This document shows, piece by piece, positions 18,646 through 28,128 of a DNA stretch of 64,000 bases. Positions within the stretch are counted from its first letter, which is position 1; each line of letters begins with the position of its first letter. Below the pieces are notes generated by a model. It did not search any database. It was not told the DNA's origin and was given only the letters and a program-made list of their open reading frames with translations. Position numbers and translations under genes: made by a program. The DNA is from Negativicutes bacterium (GTDB taxonomy: Bacteria > Bacillota > Negativicutes > UBA1444), in contig CAXXIN010000004.1 of NCBI GenBank assembly GCA_963665275.2, forward strand, positions 1-64,000, written 5' to 3'.

Positions 18646-21078
18646 TTACCATGTATATTCGCTATTTTCTGCCAGACCCCTGCCTGTAACCTTTTCTAAA
18701 ATAATTCGTTGTTCAATTTGCGCAACCCAGTGCTTGGCCGATTTGACCGCATCAGGATTAACGGAAATGGAGTCAATGCCGCTTCGAACAAGGAATTCAG
18801 TAAAATCCGGGTATACGCTGGGTGCTTGGCCGCAGATTGAAACAGTCTTGCCATCTTTATGTGCAACTTCAATCAAATGCCGAATAGCCCGCTTTACTGC
18901 CAGATTCCGTTCATCAAAAATTTTCGCCACGCTGTCGTTATCCCGATCACAGCCTAGAATCAGCATAGTCAAGTCATTCGATCCGATCGAGTAGCCGTCA
19001 ACATATTTATTGAATTGATCCGCCAAAATAATATTAGACGGAATTTCAGCCATCAACCATACCTTGAAGTCTGGGCCGCGTCGCAAGCCTTCTTCCTCCA
19101 TGAGAGCCGTCACTTTCGCCGCTTCATCAACAGTCCGGCAAAACGGGATCATGACATGCAGGTTATTGAAACCGTATTCTTCGCGAACTTTTTTTACTGC
19201 GCGCAGTTCCAGCCGGAACGCTTCAATGTATGCAGGATCATAATAACGTGAGGCTCCTCTCCAGCCGAGCAGCGAGCTAGGTTCCGACGGTTCATATTTG
19301 TCCCCACCTTTCAGATCCCTATATTCACTAGATTTGAAATCGCTGAATCGTAATGTTACAGGGCGTGGAGCCATCGCTTGGGCAACTTTTCGGAAAGCAT
19401 CCGCCAGCACATTTACCACCCGGTCTGGTTGATTCATTTCAATCAGATACATTGGATGCTCATGAATGAATGTTGTCCAAATGAACTCCTCCCGCATCAG
19501 GCCAATACCATCAGAGGGCAGCGGTGCATAACGGGCAGCTAAGTCAGGGTCGCCCAGATTCATATAAACCTTGGTTCCGGTAACCGGGAAAGTTTCCACA
19601 GCGAAACCGGGTCCGGCTTCTGCGGGACGAGGCGCGGCGATCAGATCACTGACCAGACCCTCATATATAACACCGTTTGTGGCGTCCACTGTGATTTGCA
19701 TCCCTGTCTGTATTGTCGTTGTAGCTGATTTTCCGCGGCTTTTGGTCCCAACTACACAAGGAATCCCAAGTTCGCGGCTGACGATGGACGCATGGCAGGT
19801 CATGCCACCTGAATCGGTAACAATGGCCTTGGCTTTTTTCATGGCCGGCACCCAATCCGGAGCTGTCATCTCGGTGATCAGAATTTCCCCTTCTTTAAAA
19901 TTATCAATCAGGTTCGGCGATAAAATCACATTGGCAATTCCGCTCACACGGCCGGGACTTGCCGGCAACCCTTTTACCAGGATATTTCTTTCGGCGATAT
20001 GTGCGGCTTCCGGTTCTTTTTTCACAGACACTACCTCCCTCTTATCCATTGTGGCTGGGTTGACCTTCGATTTATTTTTATTGGACCAGATGGTCTCCGG
20101 TCTGGCCTGAACAATCCAGAGTTTTTTGGTCCGTTCGTCCAACGCCCATTCAATATCCATGTAAGTGCCATAGTGTTTTTCAATATCCAACGCATAGCCG
20201 GCCAATTCACGGATTTGTTCGTCCGTCAGCACGGCAATTTCGCGCAATTCATCCGGAACAGCCTGCTCTACCACGCCGCCGCCTGGCCTTCGGATCAAAC
20301 GAATTGCCTTGTCGTGCACGGAACGTTCCACAATATCCAGGTTCTTCTTTGCCACCCAGAAATTGTCCGGGGTAACGGTTCCCTGTACGATATATTCGCC
20401 CAAACCCCAAGATCCTTCAATAAGAATATTCTGGTCCTGTCCAGTAACAACATTGACTGTGAACACGACTCCAGAAGCTTCTGAAAAAACCATCATCTGA
20501 ACCACGGCGCTCAGAGCCGCTTCCGTGTGACTGTAATTTTTTTTGGTCCGGTAATAAACCGCACGGTCAGTGAACATAGAGGCAAAGCACTCCTTGACCC
20601 GCTCCACAACTTCGTCGGCGCCACGCACGTTCAAATAACTTTCTTGCTGCCCGGCAAAACTGGCGTCTGGCAGATCTTCAGCCGTTGCGCTCGATCGGAC
20701 AGCTACAAAAGGTTCACCTTCACCAACTTTAGCAGCTAACTCCGTGTAGGCTTGCCTGATGGCCTGGTCAAACGCTTTCGGTAAAGATGCATCAACAATC
20801 ACCTGTCGAACCCGCGCACTGATTTCACGCAGTTGACGGCTATCTTCAACGTCTGTCAGGCCTTTCAATATCTCAACGATTTTTTGGTCCAGACCCGTTT
20901 CTTTTAGGAATAGGCGATATGCGTGGGCCGTAGTGGCAAATCCATAAGGAACCGGTACTCCTGTTTTCGAAGTCATTTCACCCAAAGATGCCGATTTTCC
21001 ACCAACAACACCCACATCTTCTCTGGATATTTCATTAAACCAGAATACTAATTTTTCACTTCCCTGTTTACTACTCAC
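18646..21078 (-). CDS. ppsA: Phosphoenolpyruvate synthase (pyruvate,water dikinase)
   Basis: VGGKSASLGEM, VAVRSSATAEDLPDASFAGQQ, QARPET, GGMTCHASIVSRELG phospho-His, YSIGSNDLT, ICGQAPS; GTG start after AGGAGG. Confidence 0.96.
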   Translation of the reverse strand: MSSKQGSEKLVFWFNEISREDVGVVGGKSASLGEMTSKTGVPVPYGFATTAHAYRLFLKETGLDQKIVEILKGLTDVEDSRQLREISARVRQVIVDASLPKAFDQAIRQAYTELAAKVGEGEPFVAVRSSATAEDLPDASFAGQQESYLNVRGADEVVERVKECFASMFTDRAVYYRTKKNYSHTEAALSAVVQMMVFSEASGVVFTVNVVTGQDQNILIEGSWGLGEYIVQGTVTPDNFWVAKKNLDIVERSVHDKAIRLIRRPGGGVVEQAVPDELREIAVLTDEQIRELAGYALDIEKHYGTYMDIEWALDERTKKLWIVQARPETIWSNKNKSKVNPATMDKREVVSVKKEPEAAHIAERNILVKGLPASPGRVSGIANVILSPNLIDNFKEGEILITEMTAPDWVPAMKKAKAIVTDSGGMTCHASIVSRELGIPCVVGTKSRGKSATTTIQTGMQITVDATNGVIYEGLVSDLIAAPRPAEAGPGFAVETFPVTGTKVYMNLGDPDLAARYAPLPSDGIGLMREEFIWTTFIHEHPMYLIEMNQPDRVVNVLADAFRKVAQAMAPRPVTLRFSDFKSSEYRDLKGGDKYEPSEPSSLLGWRGASRYYDPAYIEAFRLELRAVKKVREEYGFNNLHVMIPFCRTVDEAAKVTALMEEEGLRRGPDFKVWLMAEIPSNIILADQFNKYVDGYSIGSNDLTMLILGCDRDNDSVAKIFDERNLAVKRAIRHLIEVAHKDGKTVSICGQAPSVYPDFTEFLVRSGIDSISVNPDAVKSAKHWVAQIEQRIILEKVTGRGLAENSEYTW

Positions 21079-21135
21079 CGTACCGCCTCCTACTTTTGTT
21101 TGTATTAACAATATCATATATAATCAAATATCTCA

Positions 21136-21153
21136 ATATAGTATATACTATAT
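21136..21153. promoter_or_regulatory. Perfect 18-bp palindrome upstream of ppsA-ccpN-ppsR; candidate CcpN operator
   Basis: ATATAGTATATACTATAT is its own reverse complement; the assignment to CcpN is inferred from gene context. Confidence 0.5.
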
Positions 21154-21189
21154 AAATAAATATTATCCTTTTTTCGACTACTGTTTTTT

Positions 21190-21225
21190 AAAAAAAGACG
21201 GAAGCCGATAAAATTCGACTTCCGT
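21190..21225 (-). terminator. Terminator after glyS
   Basis: Imperfect stem (plus-strand arms ACGGAAG and CTTCCGT) with a T7 tail on the minus strand. Confidence 0.6.
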
Positions 21226-21272
21226 GCAAACCGTAGTGTCTATAAATTTCTTTCAGGAAATAGAAAGGCAAA

Positions 21273-23345
21273 CTATGCCTTGGGAACAATCCGACTGAAA
21301 TCAGCAATCCCCACAGTAAGGTCACTGATACTTCGGAGCAGTGCCAGACGGTTCGCTCGAATTTGAGGATCGTCCACCATAACCATCACCGCGTTGAAAA
21401 AATTATTGATGGGCTCAGAGAGTTCAGCCACGGCCTGCAAGGCGCCAACATAATCACGGACCGCCGTTAATCCTACCACTCGCTGTCGCGCTTCCAAACA
21501 GGCCTTGTATAAAACTTTTTCCTCGTCAGTTTCAAACAAATCTGACTCGATTTTGTCATTTTCCGCCTTGCCGGCCAGATTGGTTGTGCGGGTAAAGGCT
21601 TCGACAGCTTTCTCCATTGCGGCCATACCTGCCGGGGACGTTATTGCCTTGGCACGCAGCCACACTTGATATACATCATCACTGCCAGCACTAAGCACGG
21701 CATCGATGATATCGTGCCGGACGCCTGCATCTCCAAGCACATTTCGCACATTCAAGCGTTGACGGAAAAATTCAATCATTGCAGTAATGATAAATATGCG
21801 TTTTTCGACATCGTCAATACCGGCCAAGTCTAGCGCTGCAACAATCATCTCCTCTGTTGACAACGATAGCTTCCCGTCAATCAGAATATTGACGACTCCC
21901 AGCGCCTGACGGCGCAACGCATAAGGATCCTGTGATCCAGTGGGAATTTTCCCGCGACTGAAAGTTGTTACGATGTTGTCAAGCTTGTCTGCAATAGCCA
22001 CCGCTCTGCCCGCCTGCGTTTGGGGCAAAATATCGCCGGCGAAACGTGGCAGATAATGCTCGAAAATAGCTTCGGCGACAGCCGGTGATTCACCAGACTG
22101 CAACGCATATTCCCGGCCCATGATTCCCTGAAGTTCTGTAAATTCGCATACCATGCCGGTAACCAAATCCGCTTTGGCGAGTTCCGCCGCCCGCGCCACT
22201 GTGGCCAGACCTGCCAAATCCAAACCAATCTTGGTTCCTATCATAACAGACAGTTTTTTCAAACGCTGTACTTTATCGTACATCGTTCCAAGGCCTTCCT
22301 GGAATACGATGGATTTCAATTTTTCCACCCGGTCTCCAAGAGGAGCCTTGCGATCTTCGTCATAAAAGAAGCGCGCATCAGACAGACGAGCTCTCAAAAC
22401 TCGTTCGTTCCCATGTCGCACATTGTCTATGAAATCTGTACCGCCATTCCGAACGGTGATGAAGACAGGCAACAAGCGGCCTTCCTTGCTAAAAACAGGG
22501 AAATAGCGCTGATGTTCCCGCATTGGGGTAATGACAGCTTCTGCCGGCAGGTCGAGATATTTCTCTTCAAAACGGCCGCATAACGCCGTCGGGTATTCCA
22601 CAAGGTACAGTACCTCTTCCAACAATTCAGCGTCAATGGTCGCTGTGCCGCCCTGTTCTATGGCCAGCGCCTCCACCTGCTTGCGGATCAGACTGCGGCG
22701 TTCTTCCTGATCAACAATGACGAAGTTAGCGGCCATACACGAAAAGTAATCCGCCGCTGTCGCAACTACCACTACATCCGACCCGAGCACGCGATGACCT
22801 CGACTGATCCGACCCGACTCAATCCCAGCAATCTTGACAGGAATGACATCCGCTCCATAAAGCGCGACCATCCAGTGGATTGGTCGGACAAACTTCATGT
22901 CCAGATTGCCCCAGCGCATATTTTTAGGGAAATTCAGTCCCTCCACGAGCCCAAGCAATAACTCCGGTAACAAATCTACAACTGGTTTGCCGATCTCATG
23001 CAAAACCGCGTGAACATATCCGTCTTCTACCACCAGGTCAGTTACCGTCACCCCAGCGCCACGTGCGAAACCTTCGACAGCCTTGGAGGGTTTTCCCTCA
23101 GCGTCGAATGCCATTTTCACTGACGGACCTTTCTTTTTCGTTGTTTGGTCGACCTGAACTTCAGACAAGTCTTTTATAATTAATGTGAGTCGCCGCGGAG
23201 TTCCAAAGGTTTTTAGTTCTCCGTGTGTAATCCGTTTATCATCAAGCGCCTTGCGGGCGATCTCGGCAAATTGCGCCAACGCGGCAGGCATAAATCGGGC
23301 TGGAATTTCCTCGGCGCCAATTTCGAACAATAAATCTTTTGCCAT
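21273..23345 (-). CDS. glyS: Glycine-tRNA ligase beta subunit
   Basis: LLFEIGAEEIPA, TPRRL, FPKNMRW, GNERVLRARLSDARFF, EFTELQGIMG, PTGSQDPYALRR, NRLALL. Confidence 0.97.
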   Translation of the reverse strand: MAKDLLFEIGAEEIPARFMPAALAQFAEIARKALDDKRITHGELKTFGTPRRLTLIIKDLSEVQVDQTTKKKGPSVKMAFDAEGKPSKAVEGFARGAGVTVTDLVVEDGYVHAVLHEIGKPVVDLLPELLLGLVEGLNFPKNMRWGNLDMKFVRPIHWMVALYGADVIPVKIAGIESGRISRGHRVLGSDVVVVATAADYFSCMAANFVIVDQEERRSLIRKQVEALAIEQGGTATIDAELLEEVLYLVEYPTALCGRFEEKYLDLPAEAVITPMREHQRYFPVFSKEGRLLPVFITVRNGGTDFIDNVRHGNERVLRARLSDARFFYDEDRKAPLGDRVEKLKSIVFQEGLGTMYDKVQRLKKLSVMIGTKIGLDLAGLATVARAAELAKADLVTGMVCEFTELQGIMGREYALQSGESPAVAEAIFEHYLPRFAGDILPQTQAGRAVAIADKLDNIVTTFSRGKIPTGSQDPYALRRQALGVVNILIDGKLSLSTEEMIVAALDLAGIDDVEKRIFIITAMIEFFRQRLNVRNVLGDAGVRHDIIDAVLSAGSDDVYQVWLRAKAITSPAGMAAMEKAVEAFTRTTNLAGKAENDKIESDLFETDEEKVLYKACLEARQRVVGLTAVRDYVGALQAVAELSEPINNFFNAVMVMVDDPQIRANRLALLRSISDLTVGIADFSRIVPKA

Positions 23346-23346
23346 T

Positions 23347-24222
23347 TTATTTCGCCCCCTTCAGAAGCGGATATCCTAATTTTTCGCGTTGCTCCAGATA
23401 CCCCTGAGCGCAGAGGCGGGCCAGATGACGCACCCGTCCGATGAAAGCGGTGCGCTCACTGACGCTGATTGCGCCTCTGGAGTTGAGAAGATTGAAAGTA
23501 TGGCTGCATTTCAGCACATAGTCGTAAGCGGGTAAAACATAGCCAAAATTGACGACGCGGACGGCTTCCTTCTCGTACATGTCAAACAGTTGAAACAGCA
23601 TCTCCGTGTCAGCGATTTCAAAATTGTAATGGGACTGCTCAACTTCATTGCGGTGAAATACATCACCATAAGTAATCCCATTGACCCAATCGATGTCGAA
23701 TACATTTTCTTTCCCCTGAATATACATAGACAGGCGTTCCAGTCCATAGGTGATCTCAACGGCAACCGGTTTCACATCGATACTGCCAACCTGCTGAAAA
23801 TAAGTGAACTGTGTGATTTCCATCCCATCCAGCCACACTTCCCATCCCAGGCCCCAAGCCCCCAGCGTCGGTGATTCCCAATTATCCTCAACGAAGCGGA
23901 TGTCATGTTCAGCTGCTTTGATGCCCAGCTGAGCCAGACTCTCCAGATATAGTTCCTGGATATTCAGCGGTGAAGGTTTCATGATGACCTGGTACTGGTG
24001 GTGCTGAAACAAGCGATTGGGATTGTCTCCGTAGCGGCCGTCAGCCGGACGGCGAGATGGTTCAACATAAGCTACATTCCATGGTTCTGGCCCGATCGCC
24101 CGCAGAAAAGTCGCAGGATTCATGGTACCAGCGCCCTTCTCCACATCGTACGGCTGCTGGATAATACAGTTCTGGCTAGACCAAAACTTTTGCAGCGTGA
24201 GAATAATTTCCTGAAACGTCAT
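23347..24222 (-). CDS. glyQ: Glycine-tRNA ligase alpha subunit
   Basis: [69 protein letters not shown]. Confidence 0.98.
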   Translation of the reverse strand: MTFQEIILTLQKFWSSQNCIIQQPYDVEKGAGTMNPATFLRAIGPEPWNVAYVEPSRRPADGRYGDNPNRLFQHHQYQVIMKPSPLNIQELYLESLAQLGIKAAEHDIRFVEDNWESPTLGAWGLGWEVWLDGMEITQFTYFQQVGSIDVKPVAVEITYGLERLSMYIQGKENVFDIDWVNGITYGDVFHRNEVEQSHYNFEIADTEMLFQLFDMYEKEAVRVVNFGYVLPAYDYVLKCSHTFNLLNSRGAISVSERTAFIGRVRHLARLCAQGYLEQREKLGYPLLKGAK

Positions 24223-24251
24223 GCTGATTTCGTCCCCCTTCATATTTGCCT

Positions 24252-24505
24252 AAAAAAATAAAAACCCGTCCCTGCAACGTTATCATCGTTGCAGGGACGG
24301 GTTGTCTTGCGCCCGCGGTTCCACCCTGCTTGACCCCTACGGGGTCCGCCTTGCTTCTATTACGGGTTTTACTAAGTTCGTCGCTGAACCTTTCCTCCCG
24401 CGGTTTGGGAACGCCCTTCACCTGTCGTCAAACGCCGGTCTTCCACCCTCTCCGGCTCGCTGATGTCCTTTAGACCAGGTTACTGTTTCCCGCATCACCA
24501 TAATT
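24252..24505 (-). ncRNA. Glycine T-box leader of glyQS
   Basis: T-box AAGCAGGGTGGAACCGCGG (24313-24331); terminator AACCCGTCCCTGCAACG/CGTTGCAGGGACGGGTT plus T-tract (24252-24303); stem I with AGTA motif and GGC (Gly) specifier at 24413-24415. Confidence 0.92.
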
Positions 24506-24511
24506 GTGATT

Positions 24512-24540
24512 ATCATATCGGAATTGAACGAAAAAATCAA
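24512..24540 (-). promoter_or_regulatory. SigA promoter for the glyQS T-box leader
   Basis: TTGATT-N17-TATGAT. Confidence 0.65.
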
Positions 24541-24669
24541 GTTTGCCAAGGTCTTTTCGCATTATACTGCTATGTTCCTAAAGTTGAGCCACAAACAAAA
24601 TCCTTCTATTTTAAAATTCATTGAGTTATAATATTTATAGAAAACAATTACCGTTTAGGAGGTGATTTT

Positions 24670-24975
24670 TTGTATCCGCAGTCTTCCGTTTCACTTTCTA
24701 CAGCCGCTATCGAACATATCCGCAACAATGGCGGCGTGGCTCTTGTAGAAGCCAATCGGCCAGTCGCCGCCGGTTGATGCCGTGTTGATCTTGGCCCGTC
24801 CGTGCGACTGGGCGAACCTAATTCTAAAGACATCGATCGTCATCATCGATGGCAATATCAAGATGTAGTGCTGTATGTTCCAAAAAGTCTGCTCATTCCT
24901 AATCCATTTTCCATCGTTGTCTCCACTTTTTTCTGGTATCGTAGACTGGCTGTGGAAGGCTGGAAACTCATATAA
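24670..24975 (+). CDS. Putative 101-aa selenoprotein (G-U-C motif; HesB-like or CC/Se-motif family), missed by the ORF track
   Basis: AGGAGGTGA RBS then TTG; in-frame TGA at 24775-24777 followed by TGC (Cys); the frame stays open for 65 more codons to ..LAVEGWKLI-TAA; SECIS-like hairpin at 24794-24813; terminator directly after the stop. Confidence 0.8.
24794..24813 (+). promoter_or_regulatory. Candidate bacterial SECIS element
   Basis: GCCC-GUC-[CGUGC]-GAC-U-GGGC; the apical loop starts 23 nt after UGA with G at loop position 2 followed by U. Confidence 0.6.
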
Positions 24976-24978
24976 CTC

Positions 24979-25025
24979 ATGAAAGAAACAACCAGCGCTT
25001 TGAAAGCGATGGTTGTTTCTTTCAT
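24979..25025. terminator. Bidirectional terminator between the selenoprotein gene and the Smr gene
   Basis: ATGAAAGAAACAACCA..CGCTTT/AAAGCG..TGGTTGTTTCTTTCAT inverted repeat. Confidence 0.75.
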
Positions 25026-25028
25026 ATA

Positions 25029-25376
25029 TTACAACAAAACCAGTGTAATTCCCGCATTGCCGCGCCCCAGATCCCTGTCCCTTGACAATTCGGGACAGGC
25101 CTCGATCAATTGGCGTGATCCTTCGTTGAAAATATCCCATTCTTCGCCAGACACAAAAGCTTTAATGGTATTCCGTCGCTTCTTGACGCCCAAAAACTGT
25201 CGGACACTAATCCGCAATTTGCCACCCACCCCGCTGGACCCATAGCCATGGATCAGTTTAACGACCTTTGCGCCAGAAGCGCGGGCACGTCCAAGTTCTG
25301 ACATCAAACGCAATTCAGCCTGATTTGCCGTAGGCATTCCTTCTTCCAAGTTAACCATCAACAAATTCGCAGCCAT
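25029..25376 (-). CDS. Stand-alone Smr/MutS2-domain protein
   Basis: VNLEEGMPT, KLIHGYGSSGVGG, GNAGITLVLL. Confidence 0.8.
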   Translation of the reverse strand: MAANLLMVNLEEGMPTANQAELRLMSELGRARASGAKVVKLIHGYGSSGVGGKLRISVRQFLGVKKRRNTIKAFVSGEEWDIFNEGSRQLIEACPELSRDRDLGRGNAGITLVLL

Positions 25377-26137
25377 TACTTTTCCTCCAAACGTTCCGTA
25401 CCCTTCATCATTTGTATGAACCTCACGGATTTAAGAGGTCTTTCAATCCGATGAGCAATGAATTCAATCAGCATTTTTTCTGCCTGTAACAATGTTGCTC
25501 CAGTCACTTTAAACTGAGGCGGTTGTTTCCAATTGACATTCAACAGTTTGTCGACGAACCCACAGACCGCATCGTCAAGAGGCTGCATGCCTGTATGTTC
25601 ACAAACCGGACACACTCCTCCACCAGCGCAGGCATCAAAAAATGCCGGCAAGGCCAATACTTGACCACAGGTGACACACCGCTCATATTCAGGGTGAAAC
25701 CCAGCCAGAGCCAACAACTGCCAGGCGCCCGCAAGGGAAACCAAGCGTGGGTTACGTTCCGACAAGAGCGACCATGCACCCATTAAGCCGTCGTACGCAG
25801 AAGGTTCCGGTGATCTGTCCGGCCATAATTCAGAAACCAGCTCCGCCAAGAAAGACGCGTACGTCATCAAGGCTATATCTTCGCGCAATTCACGGAAACT
25901 GCGAATCACTTCACATTGCCCGATCGTGTCCAAATTACGCCCTGGCATCAGAGAAACCGAAACATGTGAAAACGTCTGAACCGTACCTGCCAATCGACTC
26001 CGCGGGCGTCTGGCTCCATAGGCCGCCGCCGAAATTTTCCCATGCTCCCGGGAAAACAAAACAGCCAACCGGTCTGCTTCACCCATGTCGCGCACTGACA
26101 GGACCAATGCTTCGGTCACGTACTGCTGCTGCGTCAC
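25376..26137 (-). CDS. recO: DNA repair protein RecO
   Basis: GEADRLAVLFSREHGKI..YGARRPRSRL, CVTC/CPVC zinc motif; located downstream of era. Confidence 0.93.
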   Translation of the reverse strand: MTQQQYVTEALVLSVRDMGEADRLAVLFSREHGKISAAAYGARRPRSRLAGTVQTFSHVSVSLMPGRNLDTIGQCEVIRSFRELREDIALMTYASFLAELVSELWPDRSPEPSAYDGLMGAWSLLSERNPRLVSLAGAWQLLALAGFHPEYERCVTCGQVLALPAFFDACAGGGVCPVCEHTGMQPLDDAVCGFVDKLLNVNWKQPPQFKVTGATLLQAEKMLIEFIAHRIERPLKSVRFIQMMKGTERLEEK

Positions 26138-27495
26138 AACAATGCGCTCCGGTAATCAGGGTCAGGAGGATCCGTTGGGTGGGAAGGTGCACAAGCTAAA
26201 ACGCGCAAAATTCGAAAGCCGTCGGTCTTCAAAACTTTAAACTGATATTCACCGATTTCCACTTGATCACCTTTCGCCGGCTGACGGCCCAACATGCCGA
26301 AAATGTAACCGCCCAAAGTATCTTCTTCGTGTTCGTCCATCCGAATGTTGAGCAGTTTAAGCACATCATCCAATAATACGCCGCCATCAAACTGGAATGC
26401 ACCATCCGGCATGCGTTGAATCTCAGGTTCTACCGGCTTGTCGTGCTCATCCTGAATATTGCCTACGATCTCCTCGATCACATCCTCAAGCGCAACCAAA
26501 CCGGCAGTGCCACCATATTCATCGACCACAACCGCCAGATGAATCCGTTTATGCCGCATCAATTGCAGAAGTTTCGCCACCGACATCCCTTCCGGAACCA
26601 TCAGCACTTCACGCATAACTGAGGTCAGCTCTGGATTTTCGTGCCGAGTCCCGTTATAATTCATCAAATCCCTGATATGAACCATGCCGAGAACATGATC
26701 CTTATCGCCACGGCATAGTGGGTAACGGGTATGAGCAGTTTCCATGACCAGGCGCAGATTATCCTCATAAGGATCATCCACGAACAGGCACACCATGTCC
26801 CGGCGTGGAATCATGATTTCTCGTGCCATCAAGTCGGCGAAATCGAATACATTATCGATCAGTTCGCTCTCCATTTGATCCAGTACGCCACCCCGGCGAC
26901 TGGCACTGACAATCATGCGCAGCTCTTCTTCCGAGTGCGCCATGTCGGTATCCTTCGCTGGCTCAATCCCCATTAGATTCAAAAGAATACGAGCAGATCG
27001 GTCAAACAAGGTAATGATCGGCCACCCCAACTGATGAAAAATATACAACGGCCAAACACACCACAGTAGCATAGTCTCAGTTTTTTGCATGGCAACATTT
27101 TTAGGAATCAATTCGCCCAAAACCACCGTAACGAAAGTTACGATAGAAAAACTAAGCAAAAATCCCACCGATTGCAATACAATTGTCGAACCGGGGAAAT
27201 ACTGAAAAACAAAGGGTTCAATATAGGCTGCAACTGCCGGTTCACCAAGCCACCCCAGGCCGAGCGAGGCCAACGTCACTCCCAATTGCACAGCGCTCAG
27301 ATAGGAGTCAAGACGCGACACCATCTTTAGCGCGAGTGAAGCCCGTTTATCCCCACGTTGAGCTAACTCTTCCAATCGCGTTTTGCGAATCCTTACCAGA
27401 GCAAATTCTGCGAGAACAAAAAAACCGTTCACCCCTAGCAGAAAAATTGCTGCGAGAAGGGCGATCATACTATGAGCAGGACCGTCTATGGCCAA
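26134..27495 (-). CDS. CNNM/HlyC-CorC family membrane protein (DUF21, CBS pair, CorC)
   Basis: NGFFVLAEFALV, QLGVTLASLGLGWLGEP, GELIPK, HTRYP, VDEYGGTAGLV..EEIVG, TLGG. Confidence 0.93.
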   Translation of the reverse strand: MAIDGPAHSMIALLAAIFLLGVNGFFVLAEFALVRIRKTRLEELAQRGDKRASLALKMVSRLDSYLSAVQLGVTLASLGLGWLGEPAVAAYIEPFVFQYFPGSTIVLQSVGFLLSFSIVTFVTVVLGELIPKNVAMQKTETMLLWCVWPLYIFHQLGWPIITLFDRSARILLNLMGIEPAKDTDMAHSEEELRMIVSASRRGGVLDQMESELIDNVFDFADLMAREIMIPRRDMVCLFVDDPYEDNLRLVMETAHTRYPLCRGDKDHVLGMVHIRDLMNYNGTRHENPELTSVMREVLMVPEGMSVAKLLQLMRHKRIHLAVVVDEYGGTAGLVALEDVIEEIVGNIQDEHDKPVEPEIQRMPDGAFQFDGGVLLDDVLKLLNIRMDEHEEDTLGGYIFGMLGRQPAKGDQVEIGEYQFKVLKTDGFRILRVLACAPSHPTDPPDPDYRSALL

Positions 27496-27508
27496 TCACC
27501 TCTTTATA

Positions 27509-28093
27509 TTAATTCGACGAACTCCGTGGCATAATGCTTCCAGCCGTTAAAACATACTGTAACGCGCTTTCACTGGTTACGTCAAGTGGCTCGACATCCT
27601 CTACCGGTACAAAAATATTGAACCCCGCCGTCAAATTGAGGCTCATTGGTACAAATACGCAGATATGAGCACCTGGTAGTTTTTCTGCGATGCAGTCGCT
27701 CACGTCAGAGGTGACAAAGCCCAACGCCCGCGTACCTGGATGAGGGAATGGCACCAATACTGGGTTTTTCAGTAAACTTTTGGACTCCAGCATTGCTGAG
27801 GAGAGCTGTTTCACACTATTATAGATAAATTTCACACCCGGAATTTGATTCAGCATTTTTTCGGCCCACTTCAGCAACCACTTCAGCGCCCAGTGCGTCG
27901 ATAATAAACCAATCGTGGCAATAGCCACCAACATAACAAGCAAAGCCATACCAGGAAACCGCAGGAACGAGGGTAAAAAACGTCCCACTACCCACTCAGT
28001 AAACTCGAATACCTCACTGACCACAAATACGGTAATGGCAATGGGGATTAGCACGATGACGCCATTCAAAAAATACTTTGACAACCTACTCAT
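27509..28093 (-). CDS. DUF502 family membrane protein
   Basis: FLNGVIVLIPIAIT, IPGVKFIYNSVKQ, VFVPMSLNLTAG. Confidence 0.85.
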   Translation of the reverse strand: MSRLSKYFLNGVIVLIPIAITVFVVSEVFEFTEWVVGRFLPSFLRFPGMALLVMLVAIATIGLLSTHWALKWLLKWAEKMLNQIPGVKFIYNSVKQLSSAMLESKSLLKNPVLVPFPHPGTRALGFVTSDVSDCIAEKLPGAHICVFVPMSLNLTAGFNIFVPVEDVEPLDVTSESALQYVLTAGSIMPRSSSN

Positions 28094-28128
28094 TCATGGT
28101 CATCCCCTTCTCATATCAAGACGCAGCT

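Noticed and set aside
24648-25140. Minus-strand ORFs 24648-24833 and 24691-25140
   Set aside because: They have no recognisable motifs, and the longer one crosses a terminator and overlaps the Smr gene. They are better explained as shadows of the plus-strand selenoprotein gene.
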